DNA of 64,000 nucleotides from Verrucomicrobiota bacterium (GCA_050014435.1 JBEKDI010000016.1:410-64409), one strand, 5' to 3'. Shown: positions 12,251-21,303, counted from the stretch's first letter. The notes: a model not told the origin generated them from the letters alone. A program made the numbers and translations.

Positions 12251-13020
12251 CAAATTGGGATCTGGGAGTTCGCCATGCTCTCTTTCCCACGCTGACATTA
12301 GGCGCACCCTTGCGGGGCTGCCAGCTTCCCGACGCCATTCTCCACGGCAAGCGGAGTTTCCGGCCTCATAGCAGGGCCGTCCAGCGCCTTGCGGTCGCTG
12401 AATTATTGAGTGAGGCCTCTTAGCTCGCTTGGGCTGGCGCTTGCGGACGCCGGCTTGCGAACCAGGTCAACACACGTATGCGACTTGGATCCGCGTCTTG
12501 ACCATTTGCCTTGGGACAGCCACCGCTTTTGGCGATGCGTTTGCCCAATGCCACGGGTCTGACCTCTTAACTCTCAGGTTGCCTTTCGTCACATGCCGGC
12601 GGTGTCGTTTGCAACATCGCCTGCATCTTGGAAGGTTTTTACCAGCCGTGCCTTGGCTGTGTCTCCTTCCCGGTGCGCATGCTCACTTTGTCCCGCCTTT
12701 CAGCGTCTTTCCTTGGGCTGGCCTTGTCTCCAAGACCGCCAGAGCCATCCGCCCCGTGCTGATGCACAGTAGCAACCTCTTACCCTCCGGGTAACTGCGA
12801 TTCGCCCAAGCCTGAAACCAGCCTGAACTACTTGACTCGGCTCGGAACGGCTTCTTTTCGTTCCTTGCCGCTCAGTTCCTGTCTCGCGTTACTGACGGCG
12901 CGCGAACGCCGCCAGAGGAACTGGTGAATTCTGCCTCCAGTCTCCGCTTCTTGCGAGGCGGACTTCGAGGGGTTGGGCCAACCAGCCTGACTCAACCATT
13001 CCCCCGGTCACCCGGGGTTA
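12208..13020 (-). ncRNA. Candidate large structured non-coding RNA, class unknown; 5' end not defined
   Basis: There is no credible ORF in any frame. On the minus strand CGCAAG (C-GCAA-G) occurs five times, seen as plus-strand cttgcg at 12309, 12388, 12440, 12454 and 12950, each flanked by complementary arms. A GUGA-capped 6-bp hairpin lies at 13002-13017. An 8-bp long-range helix pairs 12873-12880 with 12915-12922 and encloses a UUCG-type hairpin. UAAGAGG occurs three times. The terminator at 12208-12250 forms the 3' end. Confidence 0.4.
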
Positions 13021-13124
13021 TCCTTGGAACTTCAACAGCTTTCTTTCGTCCACCGCATTCATTCCAGCTCTTTCAATGAACTGGAAAGATCATGGCATAT
13101 TCTCCGTGACAGTAATACTAAATC

Positions 13125-13268
13125 TTATCCACAGGCTTATTCACCATCGCCTCATCTTATTCACAACCCGCGACCGCCGGAAAAATCAATACTGACGCTA
13201 TTTTTGCGCGTGTGCGAGCCTCCAACGCCGGAGCCGCACGGGGTGATGCCGGCGGCGATGGTGGATAA
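13125..13268. promoter_or_regulatory. Cluster of DnaA-box-like 9-mers with a 15-bp inverted repeat
   Basis: TTATCCACA at 13125-13133 is a perfect E. coli-type box. TTATTCACC lies at 13137-13145 and TTATTCACA at 13157-13165. TTATCCACC lies on the other strand at 13260-13268. TTATTCACCATCGCC (13137-13151) and GGCGATGGTGGATAA (13254-13268) form an inverted repeat. An AT-rich tract follows at ~13285-13345. Confidence 0.35.
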
Positions 13269-13453
13269 GTTTTGAGCCGGAAAAGCGCGAAAAACTGCGA
13301 AAAATGTAAAAATCGGCCAAGAGGATTATGTCAACAATAGAAATTTTCCTCCCTTTCCTCCTTGGGTGGATAGAGCCGGGGCGCGGAGGCCGTTTTTGCG
13401 GCTCCAGTTCGTCAGAAGGGGTTCTCGTTGAAGAAGTTGTCCCTCGCCCGGAC

Positions 13454-13558
13454 TCAGGCTTTCGGGGCTGGCTTCTTCGTCTTGGCCGCGGCTTTTTTCC
13501 GTTTGATGTAGGCGGCCCGGCGGCTGCGTTTCACGACTTTATTTGTTTGTTGGCCCAT
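13454..13558 (-). CDS. Possible 34-aa highly basic peptide (below the ORF-track cutoff)
   Basis: The minus-strand ATG at 13558 translates to MGQQTNKVVKRSRRAAYIKRKKAAAKTKKPAPKA, ending at a TGA stop (13456-13454). A GGAG lies ~14 nt upstream. The ORF is divergent from the 13604 gene. No family was recognised. Confidence 0.3.
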   Translation of the reverse strand: MGQQTNKVVKRSRRAAYIKRKKAAAKTKKPAPKA

Positions 13559-13603
13559 AAATCTTTACTTTGCTCCAAGAATTGCGTTCTCTAAAGGCGC
13601 ACT

Positions 13604-14245
13604 ATGAAGAGATGGCGCTGTTCATTCAATATCTATTTTGCATTGGCCTGCCTTGCACTGGGGGGGGGTTGCGCCTCGATGGGGGGAGACAACCCCAAAA
13701 AACAGCAATCCACCATCCGCCTCTACATCGAGGGGCAAAAAGCCGACAGAACAACTTCCGGCACGGTTCTGGTCACGCGGGACAAGATTCCCTTCACCGT
13801 CGAGCGCGATCCGTTTCTGGATGAAGGCGACCTCGCCAAAGCGTCGATCGTGGATGACCCGTCCGGCGACGGCGGTTATTCCATTCAACTGACTTTCAAC
13901 GAACACGGCACGTTGTTGCTGGACATGTACAGCACCGACCACAAGGGCAGGCACATCATCGTCTTCTCCCAATTCCCCAAGCCCGGCAAAAAGGCGCATG
14001 AGGCAAAGAAAAAATCGGGCGATTCGGATGACTCGGATTTGGTGGAGCCGTCCAGCGTTTCGTCGCCGCCCGCGGGCACGAATACCACCCGGGAATCCGC
14101 CTGGCTGGGCGCGGTGTTGATCCGGCAGCGCATCTCCAACGGCATGTTTCGATTCACCCCGGACGCCTCGCGCGCGGAGGGCGTCCGCATTGTGCGCGGA
14201 CTGAGAAACGTCATCGCCAAGGCGAAGAAAAGCGACAAGTTTTAG
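13604..14245 (+). CDS. Hypothetical lipoprotein
   Basis: 213-aa ORF with a lipobox (FALACLALGGGC-ASMG). The C-terminal half is acidic/Ser-rich and the tail is basic. No catalytic motif was recognised. Confidence 0.7.
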   Translation: MKRWRCSFNIYFALACLALGGGCASMGGDNPKKQQSTIRLYIEGQKADRTTSGTVLVTRDKIPFTVERDPFLDEGDLAKASIVDDPSGDGGYSIQLTFNEHGTLLLDMYSTDHKGRHIIVFSQFPKPGKKAHEAKKKSGDSDDSDLVEPSSVSSPPAGTNTTRESAWLGAVLIRQRISNGMFRFTPDASRAEGVRIVRGLRNVIAKAKKSDKF

Positions 14246-14260
14246 GCAATCCCCGCCGGC

Positions 14261-15280
14261 TTGCTGTTGATGGACGTGAATAGATTTCTTTTCTCAGTGC
14301 TTTTTGTTTGCATCCGGCTTGCCGCCCTGGGGCAACCGTTCCATGTGCCCACCGCCAATCAAGCCCTGTTCGAGCCAGGGGGCGAGGAGAGGTTTTTTGT
14401 CGGGACCACCGGCCATTCCTGGACCAGCGGCTGCTTTGGCTGCGTGCGTTCCGGCGGCTGGCAAATGCACGAGGGGCTGGATATCAAGTGCCTGCAACGC
14501 GACAAGCGCGGCGAACCGGCCGACCCGGTGATGGCCACCGCTGATGGCGCGGTGATGTACATGAATAACAAACCTTCCCTTTCCAATTACGGCCGCTACG
14601 TTGTTTTGCGGCACGTCGTTGACGGCGTTGAAGTTTATTCCCTCTACGCCCACCTGTCGGAAATTGTCCCCGGCCTCAATCCCGGCCAGGCCGTGAAGAC
14701 GGGCGAAAAAATCGCCGTGATGGGCCGCACCACCAACACGCGCTCCGGCATTCCCAGGGAACGCGCCCACGTCCACTTTGAGTTGAATCTTTTTTACAAC
14801 GACCATTTCAGCGCCTGGTACAAAAAGCAGTATCCAAAGGAACGCGACGACCACGGCATCTGGAACGGGCAAAACCTGGTGGGCTTCGATCCGCGCCTGA
14901 TCCTGCTGGCCGAGCGCGACGAGGGCGCGCAGTTCAGCCTCGTGCGCTGGCTGCAACAGCGCACCGAAATTTGCCGTGTCCTGGTGCGGAAGACCGACTT
15001 CTCCTGGCTCAGACGCTATCCCATGCTGGTGCGGGACGACCCGGCCCTGCCGCGCGGACAAATCGCCGGTTATGAAATGGCATTCGATTTCAACGGGCTG
15101 CCGTTCGAGCTGATCCCCCGCCCGGCCTCGCAGTTCAAGGGGACCGCCAGGTATCAACTGCTCTCGGTCAATGAAGCCGAATACACCAAAAACCCCTGCC
15201 GCCGGCTGGTGACACGGCGGGGCGCGCATTTCCAACTCGGCCGGGAAGGCATCGACCTGCTCGATCTGCTGACCGAATGA
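14261..15280 (+). CDS. M23 family metallopeptidase
   Basis: HEGLDI (HxxxD) and AHVHFEL (HxH) zinc-ligand motifs sit at the correct spacing. YSLYAHLSEI and IAVMGRTTNT blocks and an N-terminal signal/anchor are present. Confidence 0.85.
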   Translation: MLLMDVNRFLFSVLFVCIRLAALGQPFHVPTANQALFEPGGEERFFVGTTGHSWTSGCFGCVRSGGWQMHEGLDIKCLQRDKRGEPADPVMATADGAVMYMNNKPSLSNYGRYVVLRHVVDGVEVYSLYAHLSEIVPGLNPGQAVKTGEKIAVMGRTTNTRSGIPRERAHVHFELNLFYNDHFSAWYKKQYPKERDDHGIWNGQNLVGFDPRLILLAERDEGAQFSLVRWLQQRTEICRVLVRKTDFSWLRRYPMLVRDDPALPRGQIAGYEMAFDFNGLPFELIPRPASQFKGTARYQLLSVNEAEYTKNPCRRLVTRRGAHFQLGREGIDLLDLLTE

Positions 15281-15878
15281 TTAATCTTCAATTTCACCGT
15301 GCAGATGGTCACGGATTCAGGCTTCTTGACGGGATGAACGCCTCTGGACCCGCAGGATTTGAACGCAAAAGCAGACACAAAAGCCGCAAGCAAAACGCTG
15401 AGTCTGAATTGAAAATCTCTCATTGAGAATTTTTCATTTGTCATTCGGAAAATCAGTCGAACGCAGATGCATGGGGGCAAAAACATGGAACTGCCGCGAA
15501 GAATGGGCAGAAGCGCCAGATTGATAGATTGGATAGCTCGCTATCCCGAAGGCTTTCGGGACCACTACTCAACAACTTAACCCGCTACACGGTCCGCAAC
15601 AGATCCGTAACATGTAGCGGGTTTCGCCTCGGTCTGGCTTACGGAGTCGGGTTGTGGGTCTGGTTTGGGATGCCGCCTGGCGCAGAGAAAGTGCATCGCC
15701 AATATATCTGAACAAATAAAAATGGACAAAGCTCTGGTGCGACCACTTTGACAAAAAGTTAAGAGTTTTAACCACGAAATATGCGAACTACACGAACCCT
15801 GAACCTTGCAAGCTGTTCCTCGAAATCATTCCGTCCGGGGTTGACGTCGTGAAAAGCGCCGACGGCAGACACCACAAC

Positions 15879-15970
15879 GAGCAAATATCTGGTTTGACCC
15901 CTCGGACCTCGGACCCCTCGGACGAGCAAATATCCGGTTTGACCCCTCGGACCCCTCGGACCCCTCGGAT
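15879..15970. repeat. Tandem direct repeat (2 x ~45 nt) containing nested CCCCTCGGA 9-mers
   Basis: Copy 1 (15879-15923) reads gagcaaatatctggtttgacccctcggacctcggacccctcggac. Copy 2 (15924-15970) reads gagcaaatatccggtttgacccctcggacccctcggacccctcggat. Confidence 0.85.
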
Positions 15971-16032
15971 GCTTTGTCAGATCAATTTATTACTGTGACC
16001 ACGCACCGGGTGAATGGTTATCCTCTAGCCAG

Positions 16033-18096
16033 TTACTTTGCTTTCAGGACCAGGTATCCGGTGGCAGGAATGATGAGGTCGCCGTGATCGCCAATGCTGG
16101 CCGGCCCTCCGGAAGACAGCACCTTCCAGCCAGCGCTGCCGTTATCGGCTCGGAAAGTTTTCGGTACGGTTGCGTTATTCATGATGACCAGGACTCGGGA
16201 TGTGGGGTCGGTTCTCTCATAGGCCAGTATATTTTTGTCCCCGGGAAGCATGCGAACCTCACCGCCGATCAGGACCGGGTTGTCGTGACGCATCCTGGAA
16301 AATTCTTTGACGACGTCGATGAGGCTGTAGTCGCCGTAATAACACCCGTCCTCTTTCCAGGGATACGGGCCGCGGTTCATGGGGTCGGCCCCCCCGGTCA
16401 TGCCGGCCTCGTCGCCGTAATAGATGGTGGGTGCGCCCGGGTAGGTGAACTGGAGGGCGAAGCAGAGCAGAAGCCGCTTGCGCATCTCCCCGTAATTGGC
16501 CGCGCCGTATTTCGCATAACCCAACTCGAAAAGCGCGCGGGGCACGTCATGGCTGGAAATGAGGTTCATCAGGCGGTAGAAAACGGGCTTCGGGTAATTC
16601 TCGCGAAGCATCTCCAGAGTGTCTCTTGACAATGTGGCGTTGCCACCGCTCGCAAAATTCAGCGCGGCCGAGCGGAAGATGTAGTTCATGGTGCTGTCGT
16701 ACATGTCCCCGGTGAAATATTTGCTGGCGTCAAACCAGACCTCGGCAATGGTGAAGGCTTGGGGATAGTCTTTTTTCAGCTCTTTGCGCCAGTCCCTCCA
16801 GAAATCATCGCTCTTCCACGGCGTGCAGTCCATGCGCCAGCCCCCGATGCCCAGGGATAGCCAGTATTTGATTACGGAATGCGGGTCGCGGTAGGCAAAT
16901 TGTTTATAGGAGTCAACTTCTCTTAGCGTGGCAAGGGTGGGGCTGGCCCACTGGCCGTACATCCGGTCAGGGGTTTTCGCGTTGCGGTGCCACTCGAACC
17001 ATTCGTAATAAGGGGAGTTGGTGTGGATGCTTTCGTTCTCAAAAGCGCCGTTGGAATGGTATTTGCCGTAGCGATCCATGTAGAGCGAGTCTGAACCGCA
17101 GTGGTTGAGCGAGGTGTCGAGGATGATCCGGATGCCGCGCTTTTTCGATTCGGCCACCAGCTTTTTGAAAGTATCCAGCGTGCCGAAACCCTGGTCGATG
17201 GCCAGGTAATCGGCCGTATCGTACTTGTGGTTGGACGGGGCCTGGAAGATGGGCGTAAGGTAAATAACATTCGCCCCCAAGGCCCGAATATAATCCAGTT
17301 TCTGGATGATACCGTCCAGATCCCCTCCGTAAAAGTCATTGCAGTATTCCGCGTCGCTTCTTCCATCGCCTGGCACGTAAGGCTTTGGGTCGCACCAGTT
17401 GGTATGAAACTCGATGTTTTTGGCGCCGTAGAACTTTCTGACACCCACGACGGGGTCGTTGGTCTTATTGCCGTTCTTGAATCGGTCAGGAAAGATATAG
17501 TAAATCACCATATCGCGGGTCCAATCGGCCATCTGAAAGCCGGGGCTGTAGATCGTCAGGGTGTAATAAGCCACCGACTCGTCGGCACCGGTGAGCTCGC
17601 CCAAGCCGCCGGTGCCCTTGAGATGCAGGTAGGGGACCTTGATCGGGGTTTTGTTGTTGCCGTAAAAGCTCGTTTCCCCATGCCTGCCGGTCAGTTTGAA
17701 GTAATAGCCATAAAGGGCGGGAACCTTCAAAGCAAAGCTCGTCTCGAAAATATCCTGGCCGTTGGTCACGCCTTTTTTCTCCATGGGGAAACTGGCATAA
17801 CCGGCGTGCTCGGTCGCGTTGTCATTGCCGGAAATGGTTGTTTTTGCGATCTGAAGGGTAACCGACCGGAGAGCGCCGTGTTTCGCCAGAAAGTGCATGG
17901 TGATGTTCGTGCCGGCCGGGACCGCGCCGAAGGGCGACTTGCAGAAACTGTCCCGCGAACTGAAAGAGACGGATTGAGGATCGATCGTGGCAAGGCGTTT
18001 TCCCTCTGCGTCACCCTGGCAGATCAGGGTGGCAAGCAAGGCAGCCAGGATTGAGAATGACACTCTATTGATGTGCATAGGACAATGCCTTTTCAT
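16033..18096 (-). CDS. Glycoside hydrolase family 13 (alpha-amylase/neopullulanase-like), secreted
   Basis: GH13 conserved regions are present: GANVIYLTPIF, GIRIILDTSLNHCG, GWRMDCTPW, FTIAEVW, LISSHDVPR. There is a signal peptide and an N-terminal beta-sandwich domain. Confidence 0.9.
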   Translation of the reverse strand: MKRHCPMHINRVSFSILAALLATLICQGDAEGKRLATIDPQSVSFSSRDSFCKSPFGAVPAGTNITMHFLAKHGALRSVTLQIAKTTISGNDNATEHAGYASFPMEKKGVTNGQDIFETSFALKVPALYGYYFKLTGRHGETSFYGNNKTPIKVPYLHLKGTGGLGELTGADESVAYYTLTIYSPGFQMADWTRDMVIYYIFPDRFKNGNKTNDPVVGVRKFYGAKNIEFHTNWCDPKPYVPGDGRSDAEYCNDFYGGDLDGIIQKLDYIRALGANVIYLTPIFQAPSNHKYDTADYLAIDQGFGTLDTFKKLVAESKKRGIRIILDTSLNHCGSDSLYMDRYGKYHSNGAFENESIHTNSPYYEWFEWHRNAKTPDRMYGQWASPTLATLREVDSYKQFAYRDPHSVIKYWLSLGIGGWRMDCTPWKSDDFWRDWRKELKKDYPQAFTIAEVWFDASKYFTGDMYDSTMNYIFRSAALNFASGGNATLSRDTLEMLRENYPKPVFYRLMNLISSHDVPRALFELGYAKYGAANYGEMRKRLLLCFALQFTYPGAPTIYYGDEAGMTGGADPMNRGPYPWKEDGCYYGDYSLIDVVKEFSRMRHDNPVLIGGEVRMLPGDKNILAYERTDPTSRVLVIMNNATVPKTFRADNGSAGWKVLSSGGPASIGDHGDLIIPATGYLVLKAK

Positions 18097-18165
18097 GGCG
18101 GTTAAGAGGTTGGGTCTTGTGCCGTCGTCGAAGTTTTGTCTGGATTTTCCAGCACGAGCGGGGAT

Positions 18166-19185
18166 TTACAAAAGTTTGGTTTGTTGGCCGCCGGGCGCTT
18201 TGAGGCCCAGTTTTTGGCGGGCCAATTCCGTGGCGATCCGGCCTTGCGAAGTTCGGTTCAGATAGCCTTCCATAATGAGGAACGGCTCATAGACCTCTTC
18301 GAGTGTGTCCGCTTCCTCGCCCACGGCCACGGCCAGGGAATTGATGCCGACAGGGCCGCCGCCAAATTTGACGATGATGGTTTCCAAGATCCGCTTGTCC
18401 ATTTCGTCCAAGCCATTCTGGTCGATGGCCAGCATGGCCAGGGCTTGATCGGCCACGGCGTCGGTGATTTTGCCGTCGCCCCGCACCTGGGCGTAATCCC
18501 GCACGCGCCGCAGGAGGTTGTTGGCGATGCGCGGCGTGCCGCGGCTGCGCCGGGCAATTTCCCGCGCGCCCTTCGGGTCGATGGGGATGGCCAGGAGATT
18601 GGCGGAGCGGACGACGATTTGCTGCAATTGATCGGCTTGGTAATAGTCCAGCCGCTCGCGAATGGGGAACCGGGTCAGCAACGGCGCTGTCAACAAACCG
18701 CTGCGCGTGGTGGCGCCGATCAGGGTGAAGCGGGGCAGATTCAACCGCACGTTGCGCGCGTTGGGCCCCTGATCAATGATGATGTCCAGCTTGAAATCCT
18801 CCATCGCCGGGTAGAGATATTCCTCGATGGTCTTTTGCAACCGATGGATTTCATCAATGAACAGGACATCGCCCTCTTCCAGGTTGGTGAGCAAGCCGGC
18901 CAGGTCGCCGGCCTTCTCGATGGTCGGGCCGCTGGTGCATTTGAGGCCCGCGCCCATATTTTTGGCAATGATGTAGGCCAGGGTGGTTTTGCCCAAGCCG
19001 GGCGGTCCGCTGAAGAGCAGATGATCCAGCGCCTCGCCGCGCTGCTTGGCCGCCTGCACGGCGATCTCAAGGCGCTCCTTGACGTTGGCCTGCCCGACAA
19101 ACTCGGAAAAGAGCGACGGACGCAGCGTCATCTCCAACGCGGCATCCGGCTTGGCCAACACATCCGATACGATTCGCTCCGGCAT
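18166..19185 (-). CDS. ruvB: Holliday junction branch-migration ATPase RuvB
   Basis: Motifs present: [19 protein letters not shown], Walker [12 protein letters not shown], Walker [50 protein letters not shown]. Confidence 0.95.
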   Translation of the reverse strand: MPERIVSDVLAKPDAALEMTLRPSLFSEFVGQANVKERLEIAVQAAKQRGEALDHLLFSGPPGLGKTTLAYIIAKNMGAGLKCTSGPTIEKAGDLAGLLTNLEEGDVLFIDEIHRLQKTIEEYLYPAMEDFKLDIIIDQGPNARNVRLNLPRFTLIGATTRSGLLTAPLLTRFPIRERLDYYQADQLQQIVVRSANLLAIPIDPKGAREIARRSRGTPRIANNLLRRVRDYAQVRGDGKITDAVADQALAMLAIDQNGLDEMDKRILETIIVKFGGGPVGINSLAVAVGEEADTLEEVYEPFLIMEGYLNRTSQGRIATELARQKLGLKAPGGQQTKLL

Positions 19186-19266
19186 CGCTGTTGAGGATGG
19201 GCAATGCGGCGCGGAGCGACAAGGGAAAACTGGGCCGGGGCGATAATCTCGCGAGTGACGGGCGGT

Positions 19267-21303
19267 TTAGCCGCCAAAACCTGAGGACGCTGCCGTGGTC
19301 GATGGCTGTTGCGCCCGACCGTTGCCGTGGAACACGCGGGGCAGCATGTTGCGATAGGTTGCCAAGGCCAGGAGTGGCCAACTGTTCCGATACATGTCGT
19401 ACTTCAAATAAAACACCTTTGGAAAACCGGTCCCGGTTGCCTCGGCCTCGCTCCAGGAGCCGTCGGCGTTTTGGGTGCGGACGAGATACTCGATGCCGTT
19501 GCGCAGGCTGGACCGGTTGGGATCGTCAAAGGCGCAAAGGCCCATCACGGCCCAAGCGGTTTGCGAAGCGGTGCTCGGCCCCTGGCCTTTGAATACCGGG
19601 TCGTCGTAGGTGTTGCAGCGTTCCCCCCAGCCGCCGTCCTCGTGCTGTACGCTTTCCAGCCAGTCGCGCGCTTTGAGAATCCACGGCTCGGACATGTCCA
19701 TCCCCAGGGCGCGCAGGCCGCGCAGCACCTGCCAAGTCCCGTAGATATAATTGACGCCCCACCGCCCGTACCACGAGCCGTCGGCTTCCTGCTGGCTGCG
19801 CAAGAATTCCAGCGCCTTTTGCACTTGAGGCTCTTCCACGGTGAAATTCTCGTAACCCAGCAGTTCCAGGATGCGGGCGGTGATGTCCGCGCACTCCGGA
19901 TCGAGCATGGCGTTGTGATCGGCGAACGGCACTTTTTCCAAAATGCTTTTGGTGCAATCCTTGTCGAAAGAGGCCCAGCCACCATCTTTGCACTGGAAGG
20001 TCAGCGTCCAGTTCAGACCGCGCTGGAAGCTGGCATCGCGCCGGGTCGGATTGGAGGTCGGGATCTTGCGCAGGGCCAGCAGCACCATGGCCGTGTCGTC
20101 CACGTCCGGGTTCCATTTGTTGTTAAATTCAAAGACCCAGCCGCTGGGCTCGACCTGGGCCTGGTTCTTGTGGTGCCAGTCCCCGCGGAAACGGACTTCC
20201 CGGTCCAAAAGCCATTCGCAAGCTTTGACCAGCGCGGGATGATCGCTGGACAATCCCGATTCATGCAGGGCGATGGTGACAATGGCGGTGTCCCAAACCG
20301 GCGAAGTGCAAGGCTCGACGCGAACGTCGTGCTCGGTTTCGTGCGTGAGTTTCTGCAACTCCTCTTCGCAACGGCGGACGAGCGGATGGTCGTCCGGGTA
20401 GCCGAGGGCCTTGAAGGCGATGTGGGAGTTGAGCACGCCGGGAAAAATGGCAGCCAGGCCGTCGCTGCCTTCAAAGCGATCCACCATCCATTCCTCGGCC
20501 TTTTTGAGGGCGCGTTTGCGGAAGGGATGGATGTTGCGTTTGGCAAAGTGCTCGGCGAATTTATGCACGCCGTCGAGCCAGATGAACAAATTGCGCCAGG
20601 TGAAGCGTTGCGGATCGCGCGGCAGCATGAGGTCGCGCTCGTGAAAGCCCTGCGGGTACAATTCATGCAGGGTGGTTCCGGAGCGCAGCACGCGAGTGGG
20701 TTTGAAATGGTTGATGATCGAGAGCGGGACCAGCATGGAGCGGCTCCAGGAACTCATTTCATAGAAATCAACGAAGAACCATCGGCCGATGAGCATGACT
20801 TCGCAGGGGATGGTGGGCACATATTTCCACGGGAACAGGCCGAGGACGGCGAGATACAGTTTGGAAAAGGTGTTGAGGCGCGGAATTCCACCCAGGCTCA
20901 GGGCCGTCTGGCGCGCGCGCAACATGCGCGGGTCCGTCATCGGCACACCGGCCAGTTTGAGCGCCAGATAAGCTTTGACCGTGGCGTTGATTTCCGCCGG
21001 GCCGCCCGGATAAATATTCCAGCCGCCGGTCGGGACCTGCAGGGCGAACAGGTGGTTGACCGCCTTGCGCTGCCACTCTTCATCCACGCTCCCGTTCCAA
21101 TGTTGGAACGCGAGCACGTCGGCCACCAGCGTGCAATCAACCATCAACTCACCGAGCCAATAACCTTCCTGCTTCTGCTCCCCGAGCAGATAACTCTGCG
21201 ACCGGGCGATGGCGTTTTCCAAATCCGGCAGGGAGAACAAAACCGCATCCGACGCCTGTGGAGCCGTGAAGGTCTGGCCGTTGTTTAAAACATTCGCAGA
21301 CAC
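19267..21303 (-). CDS. shc: Squalene-hopene cyclase
   Basis: DxDD motif (NPDVDDTAMVL) and repeated QW motifs (QQEADGSWYGRWGVNYIYGTW, VQHEDGGWGE, TQNADGSWSE). The track ORF (to 22128) overlaps arcC; I start at GTG 21303 (VSANVLNNGQ...), which gives a typical 678 aa. Confidence 0.9.
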   Translation of the reverse strand: MSANVLNNGQTFTAPQASDAVLFSLPDLENAIARSQSYLLGEQKQEGYWLGELMVDCTLVADVLAFQHWNGSVDEEWQRKAVNHLFALQVPTGGWNIYPGGPAEINATVKAYLALKLAGVPMTDPRMLRARQTALSLGGIPRLNTFSKLYLAVLGLFPWKYVPTIPCEVMLIGRWFFVDFYEMSSWSRSMLVPLSIINHFKPTRVLRSGTTLHELYPQGFHERDLMLPRDPQRFTWRNLFIWLDGVHKFAEHFAKRNIHPFRKRALKKAEEWMVDRFEGSDGLAAIFPGVLNSHIAFKALGYPDDHPLVRRCEEELQKLTHETEHDVRVEPCTSPVWDTAIVTIALHESGLSSDHPALVKACEWLLDREVRFRGDWHHKNQAQVEPSGWVFEFNNKWNPDVDDTAMVLLALRKIPTSNPTRRDASFQRGLNWTLTFQCKDGGWASFDKDCTKSILEKVPFADHNAMLDPECADITARILELLGYENFTVEEPQVQKALEFLRSQQEADGSWYGRWGVNYIYGTWQVLRGLRALGMDMSEPWILKARDWLESVQHEDGGWGERCNTYDDPVFKGQGPSTASQTAWAVMGLCAFDDPNRSSLRNGIEYLVRTQNADGSWSEAEATGTGFPKVFYLKYDMYRNSWPLLALATYRNMLPRVFHGNGRAQQPSTTAASSGFGG

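Noticed and set aside
12429-12794. 121-aa ORF inside the non-coding gap
   Set aside because: It has Cys/His/Trp/Pro-rich composition and no RBS. It lies on the strand opposite to the terminator and the GNRA loops.
12160-13020. Identification of the gap RNA as RNase P RNA, tmRNA, SRP RNA, 6S RNA or a group II intron
   Set aside because: I looked for GAGGAAAGUCCGGGC and ACAGAACCCGGCUUA (RNase P), a tRNA-like GGUUCGAxUCC...CCA 3' end with a tag ORF (tmRNA), GGAAGCAGCC (SRP), and a domain V/GUGYG boundary (group II intron). None of them is present. This was by eye only, so a covariance-model search is still needed.
13125-13345. Firm call of the chromosomal origin (oriC)
   Set aside because: Genes to the left are on the plus strand and run toward the site rather than away from it. 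No dnaA, dnaN or gidA neighbours are present and the AT-rich tract is short. It is kept only as a hypothesis in the findings.
15154-15486. 110-aa minus-strand ORF with a signal-peptide-like start (MRDFQFRLSVLLAAFVSAFAF)
   Set aside because: Its last 126 nt overlap the M23 peptidase gene antisense, and the distal part is Ser/Arg-rich. It cannot be supported as a gene.
15879-15970. CRISPR array interpretation of the tandem repeats (also considered at 36825-36892)
   Set aside because: The repeats are contiguous with no unique spacers, there are only two units or a simple palindrome, and no cas genes lie in the window.
19309-21288. 659-aa ORF antisense to shc
   Set aside because: Same reasoning: the sense strand carries the DxDD and QW motifs of squalene-hopene cyclase, and the antisense product is low-complexity.
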